DNA of 64,000 bases from positions 736,001 to 800,000 of the forward strand of contig CAXXVL010000001.1 in the NCBI GenBank assembly GCA_963667845.2, written 5' to 3'. Positions 1 through 9,729 of the stretch are shown piece after piece. Position 1 is the stretch's first letter. The number at the start of each line of letters is the position of its first letter. The notes under the pieces were generated by a model. The model saw only the letters and a list, made by a program, of their open reading frames with translations, searched no databases and was not told where the DNA came from. Position numbers and translations under genes: made by a program. This DNA comes from Smithellaceae bacterium. GTDB taxonomy: Bacteria; Desulfobacterota; Syntrophia; Syntrophales; Smithellaceae.

Positions 1-148
1 CTGAATATCGAAACGATTGTCAATCGCTAAATGGTTATGATAGTGACCTGAGTCACTACCATGGTATTGATAAATTGCGCTTGTGGTTTCATCATATTTT
101 TGCCAAAATAGGTTCATGAAAAGAACGAACATGCAAGGAGAAATGATA

Positions 149-886
149 ATGTTCAAAATCATAAAGAAACTTCTGCCTGTTGTCTTGGGCGCCTTGACGC
201 TGATGGCCGGTTGCATGCAGTATGAAAGCAAGGTTGTGCCGTTCAGGGCGCCGCAGAGCAGTCCGAACGTTGTGTATGTTGATGGCGCAGCAATTGCCGC
301 CCGAAGTTTTATCGACGCTGAAGAAGCAAAAGTCGCATTTGGTTTTGACATCCGGCGGGCGGGCATTCTGCCGGTACAGGTTGCTTTTGACAACAAAAGC
401 AATCATCCCCTGATGATTATCGCCGAACAGACATTTTTGATCGACGCCGAGGGCAATGTCTGGCCGATCCTCGATCAAAGACAGGCGTATGACCGCCTGG
501 CGAAAGAAACGGAGCTGGGGCGGGTGGCTCCCGAAGCCGCCAAACGGGGAGTGCTGTTCGGCGTCGCCGGCGCCGTGATTGGAGCGGCGATCGGTATTGT
601 TACCGGAACCAACGTGGGTGCAGCGGCCGGAAAAGGGGCGGCGGTCGGCGTAGCGGCGGGAGTCGTTTCCGGCGGCGGACAATACGCCATGGACCAGTCG
701 GATGTGCAGGCTAAAATCAAGGAGGATTTACGGACGCGGTCGCTGCAATATCGCGCCGTGAAGCCCGGGGAACTGGCGCATGGTTTTATTTTCTATCCCG
801 GAGAAGCGAAGACGGCAAAAGTCCTGCGACTGCAAATCAAGGAGATGGATACGGGCAGAATATCAACGTTTAACATGAAACTGTAA
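149..886 (+). CDS. Putative lipoprotein with glycine-zipper segment
   Basis: ORF 83..886; start moved to ATG 149 behind AAGGAG (135-140); signal peptide ending LMAGC (lipobox); GAVIGAAIG/GAAVGVAAG glycine zipper. Confidence 0.65.
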   Translation: MFKIIKKLLPVVLGALTLMAGCMQYESKVVPFRAPQSSPNVVYVDGAAIAARSFIDAEEAKVAFGFDIRRAGILPVQVAFDNKSNHPLMIIAEQTFLIDAEGNVWPILDQRQAYDRLAKETELGRVAPEAAKRGVLFGVAGAVIGAAIGIVTGTNVGAAAGKGAAVGVAAGVVSGGGQYAMDQSDVQAKIKEDLRTRSLQYRAVKPGELAHGFIFYPGEAKTAKVLRLQIKEMDTGRISTFNMKL

Positions 887-911
887 TAAACCAGAAAAGG
901 AGATGATGACC

Positions 912-1409
912 ATGTCGAAAACAATAGATGATCTCAAAGACGCCTTTGCCGGTGAATCGCAGGCGAACCGCAAGTATCTGGCATTCGCCGCGAAGGCAGA
1001 CGCCGAAGGGTTCCCTCAGGCCGCCAGGCTTTTTCGCGCAGCGGCGGAAGCGGAAACCATCCATGCCCATGCCCATTTGCGGGCGATGAAAGGGATCGGT
1101 TCCACCAGGGACAACCTGCGCGAAGCGGTTGCCGGTGAAACACACGAGTTTACGAAAATGTATCCCGAGATGATTGAACATGCGAAAGCCGAAGGACTCA
1201 AGGACGCCGAGCGGTCGTTCACCTATGCCAATGAGGTGGAAAAGGTTCATGCGCGGCTTTATCAGCAGATGCTTGATGCAGCGGATGTCGCGACGGATGC
1301 TTACAGCTATTATGTTTGTCCCGTCTGCGGCTTTACCGCGGAAAAAGATGCACCGGAAACCTGTCCCGTTTGCGGCACCAAGGGAAAGATGTTTAAAAAA
1401 GTGGACTGA
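912..1409 (+). CDS. rbr: Rubrerythrin
   Basis: AFAGESQANRKY, EAETIHA, GETHE, EKVH di-iron ligands plus C-terminal CPVCG...CPVCG rubredoxin-like site. Confidence 0.92.
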   Translation: MSKTIDDLKDAFAGESQANRKYLAFAAKADAEGFPQAARLFRAAAEAETIHAHAHLRAMKGIGSTRDNLREAVAGETHEFTKMYPEMIEHAKAEGLKDAERSFTYANEVEKVHARLYQQMLDAADVATDAYSYYVCPVCGFTAEKDAPETCPVCGTKGKMFKKVD

Positions 1410-1477
1410 CGATCAACAATACGTTTCCGCCGTCAGAAAAAGCAGACAGGATGTGAAGGAGTCTTTAACCGGTTATT

Positions 1478-1507
1478 CCGGCCGGACGTACCGGCCGGTT
1501 TCTTTTT
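1478..1507 (+). terminator. Intrinsic terminator after rubrerythrin
   Basis: CCGGCCGG-acgta-CCGGCCGG followed by tttcttttt. Confidence 0.55.
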
Positions 1508-1550
1508 ACTTTTTCTTTAGCCCTGCGACTGGGATCAACTGGACACAGAC

Positions 1551-3143
1551 ATGAAAGAACTCCTCATTGTTTCAAGCGGAATCATCCTGTTTCTTGTCGG
1601 TATGATTCGCCTGTCATCCTCCGTCCGCCATGTGATGAACGTCAGGATTAAAGAATTGATCCGGTATGCCGCGGATAAGCCGCTCTACGGGCTGGTGACC
1701 GGCATCCTATCCGCTATTGTCTTTCAGAGTTCGACGGCCTCGACGGCGCTCACGATCGGATTCGTCAGCGCCGGTCTGATCAGTTTCTACAGCTCGCTCG
1801 CCATCATTCTGGGGGCGGATATCGGTACGACGCTGACGGTCCAGTTTGTCGTCTGGCGATTTACGGAGCTTTCTCCTTTTTTCGTCTCTATCGGAGGGCT
1901 TTTGTGGCTGACCCGCCGGGACAACTGGAAAACGGCGGGTGAAATGATTTTCTATTTCGGCCTGATCTTCTTCGGGCTGGACATGATCAGTCAGCAGGCA
2001 GTGCAGCTCAAGCAGTCTCCGGCCTTTGTTCAGTATTTCGCGATGACCAAGAACCCGCTGTACGGGATAGGCCTGGGGATGGTCATTACGGCGATCGTTC
2101 ATGCTTCGGCGATTCCGATCAGTATTCTCGCGATTCTGGCCCAGCAGGATCTGATCCGGCTGGAAAACGCCGTACCGGTCGTCCTGGGCGCAAATATCGG
2201 AACAACCGTGACGGCGCTCCTGGCCGGAACCGTGGCGAATGTCAGCGGCAAAAGAACCGCCGTCTCCCATTTGATCTTCAAATGCAGCGGCGTCTTGCTT
2301 TGTCTGGTCATGTTCCCTTTTTTCCTCGATCTTGTGAAGGGCATGTCCGCAAGTGTGGCCGAGCAGATCGTCTGGTCCCATTTTTTACTGAACCTGCTCA
2401 TTGTCGTCATGTTTATTTGTTTCCTGCGCCCTTTCGCCCGGTTGATGAACAGACTTCTGCCCGGTGAAGACAGTGCGTTGCCGATCTGGCCCGAGTATCT
2501 CAATGAGAAGGATTTGATCAATCCGGTTAAATCGCTGGACCACGTGCTCCTGGAGCTGCAGCGTCATGCGAAACTTGTCCAGATCATGTTTGCGAGAACC
2601 CTGAATCTCATGTCCCACTATGAGGAGGGCAGAAATCGGGATATCTCCTACGTGGAGATAGTCGTCAACAATCTGCGCCGCCAGATTGTCAGGTTTCTCT
2701 GGAAAGTCTCCGGCCGCCGGTTATCGACACAGCTCTCCCGGCGGGTGTTTGCTTACACGGCCATGGCCGGGGATATCAAAAGCATCGGCAATCACATCCA
2801 GTCGATCAGCGTACTGGTCATGCAGCAGGCGGCCAGCAAAGTGAAGTTCAGCGATTGCGGCGAAAAAGAGCTTCACAATATCATTGGACTCGTCGAACGC
2901 AACCTGGCCGACGCCTCCTTGCTGCTTTCGACGTTCGAAGCGGAAAAAGTCCGCGATGTCATCCGCCGGGAGGAGGAGATCGACGTCGAGGTCAAGGAGG
3001 CTCTGGATAATCATCTGGTGCGGTTTCACAACCGTGAATGCACTCCGGAAGCCGGTCCCATCTTTGTAGAAATGCTGGGTCACCTGGAACGCATATCCGA
3101 TCTTTGCAACAATCTTGCCGAGTACGTCCGGGACATCCAATAA
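1551..3143 (+). CDS. Na/Pi cotransporter family protein with C-terminal PhoU-like domains
   Basis: QSSTAST and GADIGTT / GANIGTT repeats; hydrophobic N half; C-terminal LERISDLCNNLAE PhoU-like helix. Confidence 0.88.
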   Translation: MKELLIVSSGIILFLVGMIRLSSSVRHVMNVRIKELIRYAADKPLYGLVTGILSAIVFQSSTASTALTIGFVSAGLISFYSSLAIILGADIGTTLTVQFVVWRFTELSPFFVSIGGLLWLTRRDNWKTAGEMIFYFGLIFFGLDMISQQAVQLKQSPAFVQYFAMTKNPLYGIGLGMVITAIVHASAIPISILAILAQQDLIRLENAVPVVLGANIGTTVTALLAGTVANVSGKRTAVSHLIFKCSGVLLCLVMFPFFLDLVKGMSASVAEQIVWSHFLLNLLIVVMFICFLRPFARLMNRLLPGEDSALPIWPEYLNEKDLINPVKSLDHVLLELQRHAKLVQIMFARTLNLMSHYEEGRNRDISYVEIVVNNLRRQIVRFLWKVSGRRLSTQLSRRVFAYTAMAGDIKSIGNHIQSISVLVMQQAASKVKFSDCGEKELHNIIGLVERNLADASLLLSTFEAEKVRDVIRREEEIDVEVKEALDNHLVRFHNRECTPEAGPIFVEMLGHLERISDLCNNLAEYVRDIQ

Positions 3144-3165
3144 TACGGACGCCGCGAAAAACGTA

Positions 3166-3194
3166 TTGCCTGAATCGGCAATATCCTCTATAAT
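3166..3194 (+). promoter_or_regulatory. Sigma70-type promoter
   Basis: TTGCCT-17 bp-TATAAT upstream of ATG 3232. Confidence 0.55.
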
Positions 3195-3231
3195 GCCGCA
3201 CAAATATGATCATCCGCCAAAGGGGGTATTC

Positions 3232-3750
3232 ATGGATAAAAGAATGAACGCGTTGGCTTTTGCTCTGGAAAATGAAGAAAAAGAGCGCGAGTTTTACCTG
3301 GCCCATGCCCGGAAAACCAGGAATATGGCGGGCAAGAACATGTTCAAGCAGATTGCCGATGAAGAAAAAGAACACTATGAGATGCTGAAGAAACTCCACG
3401 AAAAATGGATCGAGCAGAAGAAATGGCCGGCGACCGTACCGCTGAAAGTAAAGCAGTCGCTGGCCGGGACCGTCTTACGATCCATGTCCGGCAAGAAGTC
3501 CGCCCGGATCACCGGCACCGAGGAAGAACTGAAAGCCGTCCGTACGGCAATTGATTTTGAGGCTCGCGGCGTTGACTTATATTCCAAGTTGGAAAAACAG
3601 AGCACGGACCCGAAGGAAAAAGCGTTTTTTAACATGCTGGCATCCGTGGAGCGCGAACATTTGCTTTCACTTAAAGATACGGAAGAATTTCTGCTGGATC
3701 CGGCCACCTGGTATCAACATGTGGAGCGCTCGGGTCTGGATGGGGCATAA
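3232..3750 (+). CDS. Ferritin-like/rubrerythrin family protein without rubredoxin domain
   Basis: Duplicated ALENE..EREFY..EEKEH and AIDFE..GVDLY..EREH motifs; start chosen behind AGGGGG. Confidence 0.8.
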   Translation: MDKRMNALAFALENEEKEREFYLAHARKTRNMAGKNMFKQIADEEKEHYEMLKKLHEKWIEQKKWPATVPLKVKQSLAGTVLRSMSGKKSARITGTEEELKAVRTAIDFEARGVDLYSKLEKQSTDPKEKAFFNMLASVEREHLLSLKDTEEFLLDPATWYQHVERSGLDGA

Positions 3751-3879
3751 TTTCGTTTCCCTGGGATAATGCTTTGGGTGACGGCGCCAGAGGGAACGGT
3801 CCGCGATAACCCGACCACACTAATGACCTGAAGGTCACACGAGATGGCACGAGGTCACATGCCGTTCCCTGAAAATATG

Positions 3880-5826
3880 TTATGAATCGGTCATTTCCAG
3901 CTTGCAGGACAGGTCCGTCCAGAGGGTGTAGGCCTCGGCCAGTTCATTTTCAACGCGCTTGAACTCGATCTGCAGCTCTTTGATTTTAACCGAATCCCTG
4001 TGCGTCTCCGGATCGCACAGGGATTTTTCATTGGCGCTCTTTCGCGCTTCGAGGTCGGCAATTTTTTCTTCTACCCGGGTCAGTTCCTTCTTAAAGGCGG
4101 TTTTGATTTTCGCGAGCCGGTTGCGTTCTTCCGCTTCCACCCTTTTTTTGTCTTTTGCCGTCAGTGTCTTTTCTGTGGCCGAACCTCCCGGGCTGTCTTT
4201 TTTGGCGACCGCGGCCGTCATTTGAGCACGTTTCTCGATGAAGTAGGAATAATTGCCCGGGTAATCCGTGATCGCCCCGTCTTTAAGCTCGAAGACCTTG
4301 TTGACCAGGTGATCGAGGAAATAACGGTCGTGGGAGACAATGGCCACTGTGCCGGAGTAATTGATGAGGGCATTCTGGAAAACGTCCTTGGTCTTAATGT
4401 CCAGATGATTGGTAGGTTCATCCAGAATCAGGAAGTTGGTGTCGAGGAGCATGATTTTTAAAAGCGCCAGCCGCGATTTTTCACCCCCCGAGAGAACGCC
4501 TACGGACTTGTAAATGTCGTCGCCGGAAAAGAGAAATGCGCCCAGCAGGTTGCGCTTGGTCTGATCGTCGGCGGATGTCGCCACGGAATTGACTTCTTCC
4601 CAGATCGTGTTGGCGTAGTTGAGGTTCTGTGAGCTCTCCTGAGAAAAGAAGGCCATGTTGACGCCGTCGCCGTAAGTCACGTGGCCTACCGCCGGCTGCT
4701 CCGTCAGGCTCAGAAGTCTCGATAGTGTTGACTTTCCCGAGCCGTTCACCCCGACGAAAGCCGCCTTGTCGCCGCGGAACAGCGAAAAATTCAAACCGGA
4801 AAAGACCGTAACGTCTCCATAGGCGTGCCCGAGATCGGAAACCCGGACGACTTCCCTGACGCTCTTTTTGCCTTCCGGAAAGCGCATGGCGACGCTTCTT
4901 GCACCGGCGTCCAAGCGGATGTCCTTGAACTTTTCCAGCATCTTGATCCGGCTTTGCACCTGGGCGGCTTTTGTTGCCTTATACCGGAACCGTTCGATAA
5001 ACTCTTCAATCTTCCTGATCTGCGCTTTTTGCAGCTCCATTTCCTTTTTGAGCGCTTCGAGCCGCCGGTCTTTTTCGGCAAGGTAATAGGTATAGTTCCC
5101 TTTATAAATATGGATGCGGCGGTTGGCGAGTTCGGCGATTTGCGTGACAATCTTATCAAGAAAAAAATGGTCATGGGAAATAACCAGAATCGTGCCGTGG
5201 TAGTCTTTGAGGTAACTTTCCAGCCACTCCATGCTCTCCGTATCCAGGTGATTGGTCGGTTCGTCAAGCAGCATGATATCCGGCTCTTCAAGAAGGATCG
5301 CGGTGAGGAGGATGCGCATCTTCCAGCCGCCGGAGAACAGATCGCAGGTTTTGGAAAAATCGCTTTCGCGAAAGCCGAACCCTTTCAGAATTTGCTTGGC
5401 CCTCGCTTCAAACGCGTATCCGTCGCGGGCGGAAAATTGCGCGGTGGCATCCGCATAGCGTCGCGTGAGTTCGCTGTATTCATGCGTGTTGGGTTTCGCC
5501 TGTGAGATGTGCTGCTCCAAGGAACGGATGGTGTCTTCCAGCTCGGCGATGCCGCTTTTCTGCCGCAGATAGTCGATCAGGCCTGTCGCTTCGAGTTCGA
5601 CCAGATCCTGGGGAAGGTAGCCGATTTTTTTTTGCTTCCGGTCGGGGATATCGATAAAGCCGGAATCGAGATGGACCAGATCGAGGATGGTTCGAAAGAG
5701 TGTGGTCTTGCCTGTGCCGTTGTCACCCACCAGTCCGATGCGGCTTCGGGGATGAATCGTCCAGCTGATGTCGTCGAACAGCTGTCTGTCCAGAAAGGAC
5801 AGGCTGACATTGCGAAAATAAATCAC
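3880..5826 (-). CDS. ABC-F family ATPase (Uup/YheS-like)
   Basis: Two ABC cassettes (GDNGTGKT, FSGGW, LDEPTNHLD; GVNGSGKS, LSGGE, LDEPTNHLD), no TM segments, C-terminal coiled coil. Confidence 0.92.
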   Translation of the reverse strand: MIYFRNVSLSFLDRQLFDDISWTIHPRSRIGLVGDNGTGKTTLFRTILDLVHLDSGFIDIPDRKQKKIGYLPQDLVELEATGLIDYLRQKSGIAELEDTIRSLEQHISQAKPNTHEYSELTRRYADATAQFSARDGYAFEARAKQILKGFGFRESDFSKTCDLFSGGWKMRILLTAILLEEPDIMLLDEPTNHLDTESMEWLESYLKDYHGTILVISHDHFFLDKIVTQIAELANRRIHIYKGNYTYYLAEKDRRLEALKKEMELQKAQIRKIEEFIERFRYKATKAAQVQSRIKMLEKFKDIRLDAGARSVAMRFPEGKKSVREVVRVSDLGHAYGDVTVFSGLNFSLFRGDKAAFVGVNGSGKSTLSRLLSLTEQPAVGHVTYGDGVNMAFFSQESSQNLNYANTIWEEVNSVATSADDQTKRNLLGAFLFSGDDIYKSVGVLSGGEKSRLALLKIMLLDTNFLILDEPTNHLDIKTKDVFQNALINYSGTVAIVSHDRYFLDHLVNKVFELKDGAITDYPGNYSYFIEKRAQMTAAVAKKDSPGGSATEKTLTAKDKKRVEAEERNRLAKIKTAFKKELTRVEEKIADLEARKSANEKSLCDPETHRDSVKIKELQIEFKRVENELAEAYTLWTDLSCKLEMTDS

Positions 5827-5853
5827 GGTGAACTCCCTCTTTAAATCTGCGGG

Positions 5854-5882
5854 ACTATAGGAAAATTGAATTTCGATGTCAA
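5854..5882 (-). promoter_or_regulatory. Sigma70-type promoter of ABC-F gene
   Basis: Minus strand TTGACA-17 bp-TATAGT, then GAGGGAG before GTG 5826. Confidence 0.7.
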
Positions 5883-5974
5883 TGGATTAATGACGGACGA
5901 AAGACTGCGCCGATCCGCCCGCTGAAAACGGTTTTCCGGAATCCGGAGACGCAGAGACACGGATGCCCGGCTTT

Positions 5975-8728
5975 TCACCTGCTCCGGGTGTCGCTGTCGT
6001 TAAACGCGTCAGGATTTTCTTTCGTGAGCCAGGGTTTAATGTTGATCGTTTCGCCCCAGAAGAGTTTGGCATCGGGTGGAGAGGCTCCCCACCAGTTATG
6101 GCGGGCGTCAATATAAATGGAGGAGAAGCTCTGAACGGCTACGGCATTTTCAATAAAATTATTTTGAAAAATCTTCGGATTGGATGCGCCGACGCACGTG
6201 ATGGCGCCCTCGCCCTGATTCTGCCGAAGGGTGCTGCGGGCAATCACGGGAGTGGCGTCTTTCCGGCAATAGACGGCATTTTGAGAACAGTGTGCGATAT
6301 AACAGTGGGAGATTTCCGGCGATCCGGCATAAATATCAAACGCGGTCGTCGCGTATTTGACGATACAATATTCAAACACGCTGTTCACCTTCGTTGCTTC
6401 GGCAAACCGGACGGCGCTCAAATAAAAGCCGGGTGCCGGTGAAGCGGAAGCCGCGGTAAAGGTGATCGGCATCGTCTTTGTCCCACGGGCAATGATCCCG
6501 CCGTTTAGCGTAACCAGAGAGGTCTTCTGTTCGAATTCCAGAACAACACCGGGTTCGATAAAAAGGGTTGCTCCGCTGTCAATCAGGACATCTTGCGCAA
6601 TCCGGTAGGGGCTCAGCGACAGGATCAGATACGAATCCGCTTTGATCGGGCCGCCCAGTCGCTTTTCCAGGATCGGCACGTTTAAAATTTTTCCCTGCGG
6701 ATAAGGCGCGTCGAGGACAGTGTGGATGTCCACACGGCCCGCAAGGCCGGTTAAAATGTCATGAACCTTAATGGTGCCCCACCAGTTTTCCAGCGCCATC
6801 GCAGACATGCCGCTCATTTCGCCCGTCATATTGTAGGGCTGATTGTCAAAAATACTGTTGTGGCGAATGACGGCCTGAGCGCCTTTGACGACAATGCCGC
6901 CATGTTTGTTTTGCGAGACGGTATTTTGTGTGATTTCCGCAGCGGACTGCACTGTAATTCCGGTGCCGTTATTCAAGATGCTGTTTTCAAGAATCCGCGG
7001 CCCCGCCCCGTCGGTCACGAATAAGGCAGTGCCCCTGTTTTCGTAAAGGGTATTTTTGCGGATGAGCGGTTTGGAAAAGGCCCCTTCAATTTTGATGGCA
7101 TCCTCATTTTTCGTAAACTCGGAAAATTCGATGACCGGTGAAGAGGCCTGACACGTAACGGCTGTTTGAGCGTTTTTGATGCGGACAAACGTCAGTTTGT
7201 TTTCCCGGTCCTTGACGCTCGCGAATGTGATCCCGGGCCACAATTGATTCTCCCGATCCGAATCGAAGCGGATCAGGCGATCACGATCCCCCTCGGCGGA
7301 CAGCCGTCCCTCAATGATCAGCGCTCCGCCTGACGACCTGATCTCGGTCCCCGGTTCGATCGTCAAGAGGGTCTTATCCCGGACGGTGATGTTGGCTGTG
7401 AGAACATAAGGACTGGCGCCGGCATACCAGATTGTGTCGCGGTCGATGATACCGGAAACAGACGTTGGACCCGGCGCGATCGGCATGCCTTCAGCCTGAG
7501 TCATCTCACTTTCATTACCGGCAAGATCTGCTGCGGTGATCCGGTAGAAATAGAGTCTCCCGTTTACCAGGTTCGGATCTGCGTCGATAAAGGTGTTGAA
7601 CTCGGTTTTGCCGACGGGTTCATAGCCGGAGAGCGGCGATTCGGACCTGTAGATGGTGTAACCTGCCAGATCTCCCGCTGCCGACTTATCCCAGCTCAGG
7701 CCCACCAGCTTGTGTCTGCCGGTCGCCCTGACGTGCACCGGTTTATCCGGCGGGAGGGTATCAAGGGTGACGGATCCGATCGCGTCCACCCACTGGGTGG
7801 TATTTCCGGAATCGTCCGTCAGGTAGCCGACGACGATGGCCCGATCGACATTATCCCCCGGGACGACCTTATAAACGCCGTAATAGCCGCCCGGTTCAAC
7901 TTCCTGCATGTCCAGCCGCTTGCGGTATTGACCGATGTCGAATGAAGCCTGCATATTCGGCGTTCCCTGGATGACGACTTTGATTTCATCGCCTGCCTTT
8001 TTCGGTTTACCCTTTGTATCCTGCGTCAAAAGCGAGATGACCGGCGGACGTTTGGCCTGGGCCAAAGAGGGTGTGGGGATCGTTTTGACCATGTCCCGGA
8101 AAAGATCGTCATTGGCGCGCAGCAACTGAATATCCCGGACATTCAATGCCGTTGCAATAACCGTGGCGACGATACCGACCGGATTGGTGGAAACACCGCC
8201 TTCGTGCTTGCGGACCTTGTGCTTGCCGTTCCAGAGCAAGCGGCCTGTTTTGGTGTCGTACATTTTGATCTCTGCGCCCACGGCAACCTGCGAATAGAGA
8301 ACGGCAAAATACTTATCGAAGTCCGAAACGTCTCCCGTGATGACCGCATCGACGCCCAGAATCTCGCCCAGTTTCTGCGGCGTTGTGCTGCGGACGGCCT
8401 GCGGATCGGTAAGCCCGGCCCGGGTCAATAAGTCGTCTACCTTGAAGAGTTCCATGTCTTTGAATGGGAGAGAACTGAAATGGTTATAGAATCCCAGCCG
8501 CATGGCCTTGGCCCCTTCTTTGCTTCCGGAAAGGTCGATAAAAGGCAGGACGGCAACGGACAGGGGAATGTGCTTTTCCATGTAGGGGTCGACGTGATAG
8601 GCGCCGGCAAACATTGACTGGATTTCCGGAGTGATGAGTGTCGACGGCGTGGAGACAAGGCAGCTCTGCAGAATGAGAGCTCCCAAGAGGACCAGACAAC
8701 CGGGCATCAGAATAAAAATTTTCCGCAT
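5975..8728 (-). CDS. Large multidomain lipoprotein: DUF799/CsgG-like N-terminus, FN3 domain, two right-handed beta-helix regions
   Basis: Lipobox LQSC; VAVLPF...LGEILGVDAVITG; FN3 pattern LSW...GYTIYRS...YRITAADLAGNES; repeated SPY..I..EPG and NWWG motifs; start at ATG 8728 behind GGAGGG. Confidence 0.65.
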   Translation of the reverse strand: MRKIFILMPGCLVLLGALILQSCLVSTPSTLITPEIQSMFAGAYHVDPYMEKHIPLSVAVLPFIDLSGSKEGAKAMRLGFYNHFSSLPFKDMELFKVDDLLTRAGLTDPQAVRSTTPQKLGEILGVDAVITGDVSDFDKYFAVLYSQVAVGAEIKMYDTKTGRLLWNGKHKVRKHEGGVSTNPVGIVATVIATALNVRDIQLLRANDDLFRDMVKTIPTPSLAQAKRPPVISLLTQDTKGKPKKAGDEIKVVIQGTPNMQASFDIGQYRKRLDMQEVEPGGYYGVYKVVPGDNVDRAIVVGYLTDDSGNTTQWVDAIGSVTLDTLPPDKPVHVRATGRHKLVGLSWDKSAAGDLAGYTIYRSESPLSGYEPVGKTEFNTFIDADPNLVNGRLYFYRITAADLAGNESEMTQAEGMPIAPGPTSVSGIIDRDTIWYAGASPYVLTANITVRDKTLLTIEPGTEIRSSGGALIIEGRLSAEGDRDRLIRFDSDRENQLWPGITFASVKDRENKLTFVRIKNAQTAVTCQASSPVIEFSEFTKNEDAIKIEGAFSKPLIRKNTLYENRGTALFVTDGAGPRILENSILNNGTGITVQSAAEITQNTVSQNKHGGIVVKGAQAVIRHNSIFDNQPYNMTGEMSGMSAMALENWWGTIKVHDILTGLAGRVDIHTVLDAPYPQGKILNVPILEKRLGGPIKADSYLILSLSPYRIAQDVLIDSGATLFIEPGVVLEFEQKTSLVTLNGGIIARGTKTMPITFTAASASPAPGFYLSAVRFAEATKVNSVFEYCIVKYATTAFDIYAGSPEISHCYIAHCSQNAVYCRKDATPVIARSTLRQNQGEGAITCVGASNPKIFQNNFIENAVAVQSFSSIYIDARHNWWGASPPDAKLFWGETINIKPWLTKENPDAFNDSDTRSR

Positions 8729-8845
8729 AGCGAAATCCCTCCATCCCGTTCGATTTGCTACTATACCACAGACGCGACCGGAATTCATTTCTTAAAACCG
8801 ATTGCCCCGACCAAAATCCGACCTGCGGAAAAATGCGCCGGGCGC

Positions 8846-9727
8846 TTACTTGGGTGTGACGTGCACGTCGCTGCAACACGTGCGGCTGGTGATGAATTGA
8901 AAGTAGTCCGAGAAAGCCAGCTGCCAGGGCTGCATGGTTTTGCCGGTGGCGGTTACGAATTTCTGCATGCCGAGAACACTGTAAGCCGGGCGTTTGGCCG
9001 CCCGCTGTAAATCACCCGTCTTGATCGGCAATAGTTCAACGGCGTCCAGATGTGCTTCCTTTAATATTTTACGCGCAAAATCGTACCAGGTGCAGAAGCC
9101 GCGGTTGGTGACATGGAAGATACCGCGGACTTTCTTGTCCACCAGCAACTCCGTCGCAGCCGCGAGGTCGCGCGTGCAGGTGGGGGATCCGGTCTGGTCG
9201 TCAACCACCGTCAGCCTGCCGGTTGTTCTGGCCCGATCCAGGATGGCTTCAACAAAATTTTTCCCCTTTGCTCCATAGAGCCAGGCCGTGCGGATGATCA
9301 GGTAGTCGTCCGTCAGTTGGCGCAGGTAATGTTCCCCGGTCAATTTGGAAGCTCCGTAAGAGTTGATCGGATTTACGGGATCGTCTTCCGTGTAGGGACG
9401 GCTGCCGTTTCCGTCGAAAACATAGTCCGTGCTGTAATGGACCACCGGGATATTCCGCTCACGGCAGGCTTCGGCGATATTTTTCACCGCCTCGGCATTG
9501 ACGGCAAAGCATTCTTCTTTGGCTGTTTCGCAGCCGTCCACGTTGGTGTAGGCGGCGGCGTTAATGACCAGTTGCGGCGCGACGTCGGTTATGGCATTGC
9601 GGCACTCGGAGGCGCGTGTGATGTCGATTTCGTCTTTGTCCATGCCGATGACTTCGTGACGGTATTTAAATTGCGATGCGAGATCACTTCCCAGCATCCC
9701 TTTATGTCCCAGCAGCAGTATTTTCAT
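8846..9727 (-). CDS. rmlD: dTDP-4-dehydrorhamnose reductase
   Basis: GHKGMLG, NAAAYTNVD, STDYVFDG, YGASK, DQTGSPT, RPAYS motifs. Confidence 0.93.
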   Translation of the reverse strand: MKILLLGHKGMLGSDLASQFKYRHEVIGMDKDEIDITRASECRNAITDVAPQLVINAAAYTNVDGCETAKEECFAVNAEAVKNIAEACRERNIPVVHYSTDYVFDGNGSRPYTEDDPVNPINSYGASKLTGEHYLRQLTDDYLIIRTAWLYGAKGKNFVEAILDRARTTGRLTVVDDQTGSPTCTRDLAAATELLVDKKVRGIFHVTNRGFCTWYDFARKILKEAHLDAVELLPIKTGDLQRAAKRPAYSVLGMQKFVTATGKTMQPWQLAFSDYFQFITSRTCCSDVHVTPK

Positions 9728-9729
9728 GC

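Noticed and set aside
7..24. Fur/PerR-like box upstream of the lipoprotein-rubrerythrin genes
   Set aside because: Weak match; equally explained as a minus-strand TTGACA -35 element for a gene outside the window
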